Shown: piece after piece, positions 17,901-25,540 of the stretch
Numbering within the stretch: position 1 is the stretch's first letter
Layout: the number at the start of each line of letters is the position of its first letter
Source: a virus
DNA length: 64,000 nucleotides
IMG/VR virus record: IMGVR_UViG_3300011339_000793
Coordinates: 1 to 64,000 of that record
Direction: 5' to 3' (one strand)
Notes under the pieces: generated by a model
Databases searched by the model: none
What the model was told of the DNA's origin: nothing
Seen by the model: the letters and a program-made list of their open reading frames with translations, nothing else
Made by a program: the position numbers and the translations under genes

Positions 17901-18257
17901 ACTACAGGAACAAACCCTGGAACTCCAAACATTGGAACCAAGATTGCTCGTCCAGTAGTTGTTTGGTTAGATATCAATAAGCGCGTTATCCGTGAGGACC
18001 GTCCTACTGTTGGAGCAACTCTAGTTGCGTCCACTTACACCAACACAGTAGCAAACACTCCTCAGAACTGGCAGCCACCTTTGGCTCCAGCCAACAGTGC
18101 CTTCTTCCAAGTAGCCTTTGAAGTTCTTAACTGTTCTGGTGGAGATGTCATTGATATTGACTTCAGCACACTTCAGTATTATCCATACCAGGCTAACGGT
18201 GGAAATGGTGCTGATGGCGCTGTTATCATTCGTTATGCTGAGAAGTTTACAGCGTAA
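14925..18257 (+). CDS. Glycine-rich fibre protein with inserted CBM-like domains
   Basis: 1110 aa; FTVPTGVTAVEVIAVGGGGGGG N-terminus and GGNGADGAVIIRY C-terminus of a Gly-rich domain; internal YTVSAYV..IDNVQVETG modules. Confidence 0.8.
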   Translation: MAISGSKDLIVFPNDNSGRFSIKEVQYTGSGNFTVPTGVTAVEVIAVGGGGGGGGGADTVAGGGGAGGQVVRRNVNVTPGTTYGIAIGAGGHGGQGAIVSANDLLNTQPGGTGGTTTFGGTTPVNLLMNPSYNKGVTLWEANNMLQVQKSATGTSGLPTIIVSPDNNGIVLGMIATGTGIGSNAIVSGISGTTITLNVNNSGTVATGTTVTFNLQSSRVTSTSIIYNDNISNSASFGTTQSNNLIQAQYAQMEDLGLSGGSFFALDTLGNISAAVLANPYTKLPEMTSPLEITSTGSVGANALQCVNSSAGGRLVGLTTSAAGALSNNGTTGFAYDPNVSYTVSAYVYHTNPTPQNLIMQLRIGDGTNFPGNNQNTTSGTGTVFSNVTPSAGGYHVAQVTVTAPLSGYGGSVSKTISGTGGQTFITVDNADGIFFGQAVSGTGVAVGATVTSISGTTINLSLANSGSVSGTGTFAHSGIFSGNWRRVSATFTGLPAYAAGLTAKWAYVGFLIPANTTMHIDNVQVETGSSATAWRPPTFESGLGLRLMSTDTSSENMEVSHDFVNAVPGVQYTGSVYAWAWKEYRVSNAYIEFYDADYNLVGSRTKGSTILTPVTSLKMGSISNLNATQGKRLSATATAPGTARYMRFGVQFDNAANNATGGVEPEFYLAFAQLEVGAAPTFYKDGNSTGFTWAGESHYSSTITAPLVAAKGGGGGGAYNTNFRYWQFGLPGANYGGHASPVGSATLPTYAGGGGGAATVGQSAISYSAVEGASGTTTGYQASGSTQLQYNPQGGHLGGYGMVSGNVNIPNYGGDGGLGVDTNGTGTLENITLGGGGGGGGWNTFAQGGFNNPGRGNGGGGKGGHTYLAYLTGIESGSLITDAYSRGFDATPNTGGGGGGAGSNGGNVPFTPITHSASQFITFENANLTDLNRWYPEYNASIAINATSPAYGSQQLRCTVQDAGNMRVKNAWTDFPILPRTQLFFSGWAARLTTGTNPGTPNIGTKIARPVVVWLDINKRVIREDRPTVGATLVASTYTNTVANTPQNWQPPLAPANSAFFQVAFEVLNCSGGDVIDIDFSTLQYYPYQANGGNGADGAVIIRYAEKFTA

Positions 18258-18277
18258 AGAAAAGGAGACAAAACTAA

Positions 18278-18580
18278 ATGAAAAAATTTGCCCTTATTGG
18301 AGGCGGTAGAGTAGCAAATATTCTTGCTGCTGAAGATGTAAACTCAATTGGTTCACTAGCGCAGTCTTTTATCACTGTAGACATTACAGACCTAAGTCCA
18401 GCCCCTTCCGTCGGTTGGGGATGGACAAGGACTGAAGGTTTCTTTGCTCCAGTTGCAGATAATCAAAAGCATCTTCTTACTGGAGATGTATTAGTCCTAG
18501 AGACTCCCGCTCCAACAATTGCTAAGTCTTCTGCAAAGAAGAAGGATAAAGCAACTGACGACACTGCTTCGGAGGAATAA
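18278..18580 (+). CDS. Hypothetical protein (possible fibre assembly chaperone)
   Basis: 100 aa; AAGGAG RBS; begins KKFALIGGGRVANI; PSVGWGW motif; charged tail. Confidence 0.65.
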   Translation: MKKFALIGGGRVANILAAEDVNSIGSLAQSFITVDITDLSPAPSVGWGWTRTEGFFAPVADNQKHLLTGDVLVLETPAPTIAKSSAKKKDKATDDTASEE

Positions 18581-18583
18581 ATA

Positions 18584-18973
18584 ATGTCAATCACAATGTC
18601 ACCCGAGGTGCTAACGGCTTCGCAAGATGCCTATATCACTCAAGGAATCACTGCTCGTCTTCAGACACTATCTGGAGCCGCTGCATCTGGCACTCTAACA
18701 GTAAGCATTATTGATTATCCAGTAACGCTTCTTACCTCACAGACTTCAAACTCTACTATTACATTTTCCAACATTCCTAACGGTAGCGCAAACACATTTT
18801 ATGTGGAGGTTGCTAACCGTGGCGCTTTTACAGTAACATTTTCAGGTGTTACCTGGGACGGCGGCTCTGCCCCTACCTTGGCATCTGGCACTGGAAAAAC
18901 TGTTCTTGAGTTTTACAGTCGTGATGGTGGTTCTACTATTTATGGTAAAGCCCGTTTTGCAACTATTGCCTAA
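18584..18973 (+). CDS. Putative virion protein
   Basis: 129 aa; GGAGG RBS; VTWDGGSAPTL..G..VLEFYS.DGG..IYG beta module seen at fibre C-termini. Confidence 0.7.
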   Translation: MSITMSPEVLTASQDAYITQGITARLQTLSGAAASGTLTVSIIDYPVTLLTSQTSNSTITFSNIPNGSANTFYVEVANRGAFTVTFSGVTWDGGSAPTLASGTGKTVLEFYSRDGGSTIYGKARFATIA

Positions 18974-18988
18974 TTAGTTCTAAAACAG

Positions 18989-19017
18989 AAACCCCCGTGT
19001 TATAGCGGGGGTTTTTT
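18989..19017 (+). terminator. Rho-independent terminator, possibly bidirectional
   Basis: AAACCCCCG-tgttatag-CGGGGGTTT followed by TTT; the opposite strand also has a U-rich run (tttctgtttt). It closes the fibre cluster. Confidence 0.85.
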
Positions 19018-19024
19018 GTATTAA

Positions 19025-19030
19025 TAGAGT
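19025..19030 (+). promoter_or_regulatory. Candidate -10 element (TAGAGT) for a leaderless glycosyltransferase mRNA
   Basis: TAnnnT hexamer 5 nt before ATG 19036, directly after the terminator; no Shine-Dalgarno. Leaderless transcripts are common in Actinobacteria. Confidence 0.35.
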
Positions 19031-19035
19031 ATTGT

Positions 19036-20112
19036 ATGGCTATGAAAGTATGCGTTTACACAATAGCCTTGAATGAAGAACAGTTTGTTGAGCGTTGGTA
19101 TAACTCTGTAAAAGATGAAGCAGATTATCTTTTAATTGTTGATACTGGTTCAACTGATAAAACTGTTGAACTAGCAAAATCACTAGGTATCAATACCGCT
19201 GAGATATGTGTAAGGCCTTGGAGATTTGATACTGGTAGAAACGCCTCTCTTGCTTTAGTTCCCGATGATATGGATTACTGCATACCGCTAGATATGGACG
19301 AGATTATGCTCCCAGGGTGGCGTGCTGAACTGCAAAAAGCATTTGACGCTGGAGCAACTAGACCTAGATATAAGTATGTTTGGAATTGGAATCCAGATGG
19401 AACTCCTGGTCTTACTTTTGGTGGAGATAAAATACATAAGCGTCATGGATATAGGTGGAAGCATCCTGTCCACGAAGTTCTTACTCCAGACCGAATAAAA
19501 GAAGTTGCTTTTTGGACTGATGCAGTTATGGAGCATCACGCAGATAATACAAAGTCTCGTTCTCAGTATCTTCCGCTTCTCAAACAATCTACTATAGAAG
19601 ACCCTAATGACGATAGAAACTCTTTTTACTATGCTCGAGAGTTAGTTTTTTATAGTAGGTTTGAAGAAGCCTCCGAGGAATTTAGACGCCACCTAAGCCT
19701 TCCAACAGCAACTTGGAATGCAGAGAGAGCGGCTTCTTATCGTTATTTATCAAAAATTCATCCTCCAGAGTCAGAGATATGGCTAACTCTTGCTTCGGAA
19801 GAAGACCCTAAAAGACGAGAATCTTTTGTAGATTTAGCAAAACTTTATTATGCTCAATCAAGGTGGGAAGATTGCCTCGAGGCGGCAGAAAAAGCATTGG
19901 CTATAAAAGATAGAGATATGGCATACCTAAATGAAGCAGAGGCGTGGGGATATACACCATACGATATGGCTTCAATTGCCTGCTATCAGTTAGGGAAATA
20001 TAAAGAAAGCGTTGAGTATGCTGAATTTGCTTTAGATTTAGGACCAGAAAACGAAAAAGAAAGATTAGAAAAAAATCTAAATTTTTGTAAGGAGAAATTA
20101 AATGAAAAATAA
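19036..20112 (+). CDS. Glycosyltransferase family 2 with C-terminal TPR repeats
   Basis: KVCVYTIALNEE..IVDTGSTDKT..FDTGRNASL..LDMDE (DxD)..HPVHE; helical TPR-like C-terminal half. Confidence 0.9.
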   Translation: MAMKVCVYTIALNEEQFVERWYNSVKDEADYLLIVDTGSTDKTVELAKSLGINTAEICVRPWRFDTGRNASLALVPDDMDYCIPLDMDEIMLPGWRAELQKAFDAGATRPRYKYVWNWNPDGTPGLTFGGDKIHKRHGYRWKHPVHEVLTPDRIKEVAFWTDAVMEHHADNTKSRSQYLPLLKQSTIEDPNDDRNSFYYARELVFYSRFEEASEEFRRHLSLPTATWNAERAASYRYLSKIHPPESEIWLTLASEEDPKRRESFVDLAKLYYAQSRWEDCLEAAEKALAIKDRDMAYLNEAEAWGYTPYDMASIACYQLGKYKESVEYAEFALDLGPENEKERLEKNLNFCKEKLNEK

Positions 20113-20683
20113 CTATCCAAACTGGTTCGAGCCATACGCGAAAAATATTTTTTCAAAGCACCTAAACGAGTTTCAAGGTAGAAAAGTAGACTTTCTTCAA
20201 TTAGGAGCATATACGGGAGATGCTACAAAATGGATGTTTGAGAATGTTCTTACTAACTCAGAATCTACCCTAATAGATGTTGATACCTGGGAGGGCTCCG
20301 AGGAACCAGTTCACGACACTTTAGATTGGAAAACTGTTGAAAGTGTCTACGAGGAAAAAAACTCTAAGTGGCTAGCCGACTCAAGGTTGTCTAAGAAGAA
20401 AATGACCACAAATGAGTTTTTTTCCTCCAACGATAAACAATTTGACTTTGTTTATGTAGATGCTGACCACACCGCTATGTCAGTGCTAAGAGATGGAATT
20501 AACGCATACAAGTGCCTAAAGGTAAACGGTATTCTTGCTTTTGATGATTACTTATGGACCCTTGGTACCGGAGATGTTATGAAAGACCCTAAGTCTGCTA
20601 TTGATGCTTTGTTGCTTTTTTATCAGAAGAAGTGTTCTGTGATTGAGGTCGGGACGCAGGTTTGGCTAAGGAAGATTTCTTAG
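20102..20683 (+). CDS. Class I SAM-dependent methyltransferase (Methyltransf_24-like)
   Basis: FLQLGAYTG motif I; DVDTWEGS; FDFVYVDADH..D; LKVNGILAFDDY. Confidence 0.85.
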   Translation: MKNNYPNWFEPYAKNIFSKHLNEFQGRKVDFLQLGAYTGDATKWMFENVLTNSESTLIDVDTWEGSEEPVHDTLDWKTVESVYEEKNSKWLADSRLSKKKMTTNEFFSSNDKQFDFVYVDADHTAMSVLRDGINAYKCLKVNGILAFDDYLWTLGTGDVMKDPKSAIDALLLFYQKKCSVIEVGTQVWLRKIS

Positions 20684-21194
20684 CCTTCTTTGCTTTTATT
20701 TTTTTAGCCCTTGCCCTAAGTCTGCGTTGACGCTCTACTTTTTCTGCTTTGTCTACTTTATATGCTTCAACAGCGTTTGCACTAGTTCTGCTCTTCCAAG
20801 AAAAATTACATTCTGTGCACACAACAACTTTAGCGGTATTCCATCTACCAGAACCATCTAATTCAACTACAAGCGTATCTAGTTTTTCTGGTCTAGCAGA
20901 ACAGAAAGGACAGTTCGGGTATCTACGTCTGCGGGTTTCTTCTCCAAGATAAGACACTGATAGAGCGCGTCTGATATCAACTTCGTCCTTACCACCCCAG
21001 ACACCCCAAATTTGCCTGTGCTCAAGCGCCCACTGGAGACACTGGGACCTAACTGGACATTGAAAGCACATATTTTTTGCAGCATACTTTTTCTCTATGT
21101 CAGAGTCAAAAAACCAATCTATATATTTTCGGTTTGACGGCTTTGCGCAAAGGGCATCTTTTTGCCAATTTAAGTTATCTGCTGGTTTCCACAC
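20598..21194 (-). CDS. whiB: WhiB-family Fe-S transcription factor fused to a zinc ribbon and a basic tail
   Basis: C16..C43xxC46xxxxxC52 and GVWGG, then CPFC...CTEC, then a K/R-rich C-terminus; GTG start. Confidence 0.85.
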   Translation of the reverse strand: MWKPADNLNWQKDALCAKPSNRKYIDWFFDSDIEKKYAAKNMCFQCPVRSQCLQWALEHRQIWGVWGGKDEVDIRRALSVSYLGEETRRRRYPNCPFCSARPEKLDTLVVELDGSGRWNTAKVVVCTECNFSWKSRTSANAVEAYKVDKAEKVERQRRLRARAKKIKAKKAKKSSLAKPASRPQSQNTSSDKKATKHQ

Positions 21195-21249
21195 ATATGT
21201 TAATATATCCTATTAGGGTATAAAACTATCGAACAACACGCCTATTTTT

Positions 21250-21585
21250 CTATATTTCTATTAAAGTAATTTCTAAAGGTTTTTCTACAAAATCTCCATA
21301 ACGAGTTTCTCCTTCTGGACTACAAACAATATATTGAAGTTCACCCTCTAAATATCCGCAATGCATATAGTCAACTACACAATTTTCTAAAAGTCTAAAA
21401 CCATCCCCCAATGAATGAACAAGACCGTCTCTTTGTAGAGCAGAAGCAAGCGCCCTGCGAACTACTTCATTTGTTGTATCTACATTTTCAAAAGTATAAT
21501 AGATTGTGCAATCTTCTTTTAGGGGTAAGTAGCCTTCCCCATCCCACTCAAGCCAGAGTTCTTCTCCAGGTCTTTTGTCTTTCAT
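21250..21585 (-). CDS. Hypothetical protein
   Basis: 111 aa; co-oriented and tightly packed in the operon. Confidence 0.7.
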   Translation of the reverse strand: MKDKRPGEELWLEWDGEGYLPLKEDCTIYYTFENVDTTNEVVRRALASALQRDGLVHSLGDGFRLLENCVVDYMHCGYLEGELQYIVCSPEGETRYGDFVEKPLEITLIEI

Positions 21586-21602
21586 AGAACTTAATCTCCT
21601 GA

Positions 21603-21902
21603 CTAGTCATCATCAAGAATACCAAAATTAAATTCAAATTTATCATTAGACTCGTCGCTTTCGCCTAAGAAATATGCTTTCGTTGGGTCAGTCATTTCAT
21701 AGATACCAGAAATTGTTATTGAGCCACACATACAGCATATGTCAACATTTCCAGGTGTCACTATTTCAGGGGTATCTACACCAACTAATTTCATTAAAAT
21801 ATGACCGTTCTCGCTCATACTTTGAGGTTCCCAATTAGTGTGATTCTCTAACCAACACTGCTCACACAGCGGTAGAGGCCGCAAGACTGGTTCGTTCATC
21901 AC
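21603..21902 (-). CDS. Hypothetical protein with putative zinc finger
   Basis: 99 aa; CEQC...CCMC; AAAGG RBS. Confidence 0.7.
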   Translation of the reverse strand: MMNEPVLRPLPLCEQCWLENHTNWEPQSMSENGHILMKLVGVDTPEIVTPGNVDICCMCGSITISGIYEMTDPTKAYFLGESDESNDKFEFNFGILDDD

Positions 21903-21917
21903 AACTGCCTTTCTACA

Positions 21918-21935
21918 TATAGTAAATTTACTATA
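21918..21935. promoter_or_regulatory. Perfect 18-bp palindrome (operator-like)
   Basis: TATAGTAAATTTACTATA in the intergenic gap after the second whiB; contains a TATAGT -10-like hexamer. Confidence 0.45.
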
Positions 21936-21956
21936 AGAGAAGTCTAGTGTGTTTAT

Positions 21957-22241
21957 CTATCCTAGAGTTTTTAGTTCAACATCAACAACAATATTTCTTT
22001 TTTCTCTAATCCTTTTTCTTTGCTGAGGAGTAGTTGCTCCCCATATGCCAAAAACTTCATGCTTTATTCCCCACTCAGCGCACTCTGCCACATAGGCACA
22101 AGAGTTGCATATTTTTATAGCAAGTTGATAGTCTTCTCTAGGGCTTGATGCTCTATTTATAGTTTCCGACTCTTCAAAAAAGGGCTCGAGTCCAACCTGC
22201 GAACACAACGGAGAGTCAAAAGTCCAAGGTTCATTTGCCAT
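21957..22241 (-). CDS. whiB: WhiB-family transcription factor
   Basis: WTFDSPLC..F...ICNSCAYVAEC..WG..FGIWGATTPQQR; four conserved Cys. Confidence 0.85.
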   Translation of the reverse strand: MANEPWTFDSPLCSQVGLEPFFEESETINRASSPREDYQLAIKICNSCAYVAECAEWGIKHEVFGIWGATTPQQRKRIREKRNIVVDVELKTLG

Positions 22242-22268
22242 TCCTTCCTCTTTCTAAACATTTGATTT

Positions 22269-22580
22269 TTATTTTTTATTTTCTAAATGTCCAACTTCGT
22301 ATCCGCATCCTGCATATCCCGCAATATCTATCCATGTGTCAGGTTGATATCCAGACTTAGATGCGTAACGGGCAACTTTTAGCCCAACCATCATCATTGC
22401 AACATCTTCATTACTTATAGGAATTCCAAGAATTACAGACCAAATCTTTGCTGTTCTTTCAAAATTATCTTCAGGTGCCCCGTATTGCTTGTTGCGGTCA
22501 CCAGAAATAATCTTTGCTGCTTCCCTAAGAGCCTCTACTCTTAAAGGATTCTGCTCTGGTAAAGAACTATCTGTTGTCAT
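22269..22580 (-). CDS. DUF6378-like protein
   Basis: AAKIISGDRNKQYGAPEDNFERTAKIWS..DVAMMMVGLKVARY..DTWIDIAGYA. Confidence 0.75.
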   Translation of the reverse strand: MTTDSSLPEQNPLRVEALREAAKIISGDRNKQYGAPEDNFERTAKIWSVILGIPISNEDVAMMMVGLKVARYASKSGYQPDTWIDIAGYAGCGYEVGHLENKK

Positions 22581-22776
22581 TTTTTATCCTCGCTATAACT
22601 TCTACTAGATAACTTTTGCCCTCTTCTGCATCAGTAATCGTTGTTTCGTAGTTGACATACCTTAGTGGGTCTTCTGTGTCGCTGTCTACAAATGAAGAAA
22701 TCTTTTCTTTAATTGTGTCTAATATTTCTTCCTTATTATCAGCAAGAAAATTAAACTTGTAAGTTATTGAAGTCAT
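22567..22776 (-). CDS. Hypothetical protein
   Basis: 69 aa; overlaps both neighbours in operon fashion. Confidence 0.65.
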   Translation of the reverse strand: MTSITYKFNFLADNKEEILDTIKEKISSFVDSDTEDPLRYVNYETTITDAEEGKSYLVEVIARIKNDNR

Positions 22777-23204
22777 TATTGTATTAGTTTTTCTAGATTT
22801 TCTGGTCTAAAATGAGTTCCATCTAGAACAGGAAGTTTATTGTCATCTGTCTTTATAATAACATCTCCGTAGCGAACCCCAACAACTCTGCCTTTTCTCC
22901 CGTTGAGTTGATGTTTCCCACTCTCTTCATCAAAAGCATCAAACTTTACTCTAACTATTTCTGATACTTTTATGGCCCCAGACTGAACTGGAACCCAAGT
23001 TTCGTCTTTATCTGTTTTTACCAGAGCATGACCTAAAGCAAGTTTAGAAAAAATATCAATAATGTCTTTTGAGATATCTGTTTTAGGTGGTCTTTTTATA
23101 CTTTCCCAAGTATCTAGTAACTGAAGAACAGCATCTCCAGTCATCTTTTTTGTTTTGTTCTGAGTAAGTTGTTCTTTTACCCAATCTAAATCTAAATTTG
23201 CCAT
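22776..23204 (-). CDS. Hypothetical protein with C-terminal SH3/KOW-like region
   Basis: 142 aa; IVRVKFD..NGRKGRVVGVRYGDVIIK; AAGGAG RBS. Confidence 0.7.
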   Translation of the reverse strand: MANLDLDWVKEQLTQNKTKKMTGDAVLQLLDTWESIKRPPKTDISKDIIDIFSKLALGHALVKTDKDETWVPVQSGAIKVSEIVRVKFDAFDEESGKHQLNGRKGRVVGVRYGDVIIKTDDNKLPVLDGTHFRPENLEKLIQ

Positions 23205-23228
23205 TTTATTTCTCCTTAATGAGTTGTT

Positions 23229-23254
23229 GGTTGCCGCCCATTAGGACGGCAACC
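23229..23254 (-). terminator. GC-rich hairpin without a U-tract after the SSB gene
   Basis: On the - strand: GGUUGCCGUCC-UAAU-GGGCGGCAACC (11 bp, one G-U pair). Confidence 0.5.
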
Positions 23255-23268
23255 TACGACTCTTTATA

Positions 23269-23820
23269 TTAGAACGGCGCGGTTGGTGCGCTTGTTGCCT
23301 CGAAAGACGCTGGTGCTGGTGCTGGTGCAGGCGCTGGTGCTGGTGCAGGCGCTGGTGCTGGTGGTGCGGAAGCAATTGGTGCTGCCGCTGCGCCACCTGC
23401 TGCTGCTCCTAGAGAGTAGTAACGGCGAATCTCATTACGCTTCTGTCCGTTATATACACGACTTCCAACAGTACCGCGGAACTTACGACCCATAAGAATC
23501 TGCTCGATAGCAGCATTTGTAGGTGCAGGAACTGTAGTGAAGAACGCTTGTGTAATTCCCATAGCGTGCATTTTGCTAAAGAAAATTGCTAAAGCATTTT
23601 TGTTTTCAGGAGATACAGTCAGGTTGTCCCATACAAAACGCTTGTTGTATGCGCCACCTTCGACCTGTGTCTTTACGGAAAACATTGTTTTTCCGCTTGC
23701 TGTTACTTTCGCAGTTGCTTCAATAACAGTGAGGTCATAATCACCGTCTGGCAGTGCTTCATAACTACCGCCAACTTCTCCGGCGTCTTTGATTAGGTCG
23801 CCCCAATTTAGAGTACTCAT
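23269..23820 (-). CDS. DUF669-family single-stranded DNA-binding protein
   Basis: YEALPDGDYDLTVIEA..ASGKTMFSVK..RFVWDNL; (PA)n linker; C-terminal APF. It follows the Sak4-like ATPase. Confidence 0.8.
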   Translation of the reverse strand: MSTLNWGDLIKDAGEVGGSYEALPDGDYDLTVIEATAKVTASGKTMFSVKTQVEGGAYNKRFVWDNLTVSPENKNALAIFFSKMHAMGITQAFFTTVPAPTNAAIEQILMGRKFRGTVGSRVYNGQKRNEIRRYYSLGAAAGGAAAAPIASAPPAPAPAPAPAPAPAPAPASFEATSAPTAPF

Positions 23821-24617
23821 TAGTTACCTTTCGTAGTCGTTGTGTTTTCTTGTGTTGCTGGTATTGCTGTTTGTCTAGGTCCGAAAACTATATCTAGCAT
23901 TCTTTCTATAGACAAATTCTGTTGTTCGACGATAGAACCTAGTCGCCCCTGAACACGCTCTCCTGCTTCGTATTCATTTGTCCGTTCTACATACATACGA
24001 CGGACTTTATATGAAGGTTGCATAGGGTCTGGGTTTGATAGTGTCTCGACTGTAAGAGCACCGAGAATGTCGTAGAAGTATGGCGCTTGAATTGCCAACT
24101 GTCCTTGTAGGTATGGCTTATTACGACCCGCCTCCGCACCTGTACGAGACATTGCAGTGAGAACTACTGCCTCTAGTGGGTTAGTTGGGTGCATCGTAAG
24201 GTCACGCAAATCACGAAGTAGTGCGCCCATATGGCGAAGAAGTTCTCCCCACTGTTGCATCTTCATTTGTTCGTTTCCAGCAATGCTGTCCATACACTTT
24301 ACTTGTAGTTCAGAGATTGAATCAATAATCAAACTCTTGAACTGATGTTTACCCATTTGTAGCCATTGATATGTCTTGATTACTGTGTCGTAATCACGAA
24401 CCGTGACTACGCAAGTATCCCAAGTTCCGTCTGCAACTGGTGGCTCTTCTCGCAAAGGGTCCCAGTATTTGACGACGATAGGTAGGAAACGGTGTCCACC
24501 TTCAACGTCAAGCATTAGTCGTGGATATGGTGCTGTTACTGCAAAGGATGATTTACCAACCTTGCTCTCTCCATACACCATAATTGTTAGTGAACGCTGT
24601 ACTTCACTCACTGTCAC
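23820..24617 (-). CDS. AAA_24 / Sak4-like ATPase (recombinase)
   Basis: Walker A YGESKVGKS; LDVEGG; Walker B LIIDSISE. Confidence 0.85.
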   Translation of the reverse strand: MTVSEVQRSLTIMVYGESKVGKSSFAVTAPYPRLMLDVEGGHRFLPIVVKYWDPLREEPPVADGTWDTCVVTVRDYDTVIKTYQWLQMGKHQFKSLIIDSISELQVKCMDSIAGNEQMKMQQWGELLRHMGALLRDLRDLTMHPTNPLEAVVLTAMSRTGAEAGRNKPYLQGQLAIQAPYFYDILGALTVETLSNPDPMQPSYKVRRMYVERTNEYEAGERVQGRLGSIVEQQNLSIERMLDIVFGPRQTAIPATQENTTTTKGN

Positions 24618-25540
24618 TCGCCTCCTTTTTTCTCTGATTCGTAATATGCATAAGGGTCTGACTCCCTATACATTTCGCTAAGTGCTTGCTCAACGGCGCT
24701 TCCGTCATCGAACATCGGGCATATAGCGAAAAATTGGCACTTCCACTTGCAGTCACGGCTTGGCTTTGGGTAGGCAACAAACTGATGAGCCTCCCCTTCA
24801 TCCAATGCCTTACGAACACGCATCATATCTGCGATGACACCATGAATTCTTTTCCAAAAAGACCTAAGAGCAAAAACGTTATGTCTTACCTCAATCTGTT
24901 TATAGTAAGGAGGTTTGGAAGCAGCAGTTCTTTTTACTTTTTTTAGCATAGTAAAGATTCCACCCTCAGTGCGGTGCTCTTCGTCTGCTTTTGTTGCTTC
25001 CAGCATCATATATGTGAGAACTTGTTCATTCATATTTGCCAAAGAAGCAAACTCGTCTAGGGAGCCTCCTACAGTTTTGAAGTCACGAAACAAACGAACA
25101 CCGTCTACTTTTCGACGAACACGCATATCAATTTTTCCCTGAAGTTCTACTTCTCCATTAAACAAAGGAGTAATAATTTTTTCTTCAGTAGATATCATTT
25201 CAAGTTCAATATCAATGCCTTCTTCGGCAACCCAGTGTTCGTAGCCTTCAAGCATAATTCTTCCAAGTTCTGCTTCTGTTTCTAAATTAGAAGTATCCTC
25301 GAAAGTAGATAATAAAAGTTTTTTATCTGCATCAACTAAATCCTCGTGAGCCTTGAGTAGAGGAACGTCTTCTGAATAATGTTTATCTAAAGCAGCATGG
25401 ATACGGCTACCAAAGGCAAGAGCGCCAGTAAATTGTTGAACCTGAGGTGAGAGACCTCGATAATAAGTTAGCCACCACCTACGACGGCAGTCTTTGAATG
25501 TTTGGATTTCTGAGTTAGATATACGAACAACATTACTCAT
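24614..25540 (-). CDS. PD-(D/E)xK (Cas4/RecB-like) exonuclease with predicted 4Fe-4S cluster
   Basis: SNSEIQTFKDCRRRW; GKIDM..DFKT; C-terminal CKWKCQFFAIC. Confidence 0.85.
   Translation of the reverse strand: MSNVVRISNSEIQTFKDCRRRWWLTYYRGLSPQVQQFTGALAFGSRIHAALDKHYSEDVPLLKAHEDLVDADKKLLLSTFEDTSNLETEAELGRIMLEGYEHWVAEEGIDIELEMISTEEKIITPLFNGEVELQGKIDMRVRRKVDGVRLFRDFKTVGGSLDEFASLANMNEQVLTYMMLEATKADEEHRTEGGIFTMLKKVKRTAASKPPYYKQIEVRHNVFALRSFWKRIHGVIADMMRVRKALDEGEAHQFVAYPKPSRDCKWKCQFFAICPMFDDGSAVEQALSEMYRESDPYAYYESEKKGGE

Noticed and set aside
23283-23495. + strand (LVLVQA)n ORF
   Set aside because: It is the antisense of the (PA)n linker of the SSB gene.
24614-25540. Cas4-like nuclease as part of a CRISPR-Cas system
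   Set aside because: It sits in the standard phage exonuclease / Sak4 / SSB recombination module, and there are no other cas genes or arrays.
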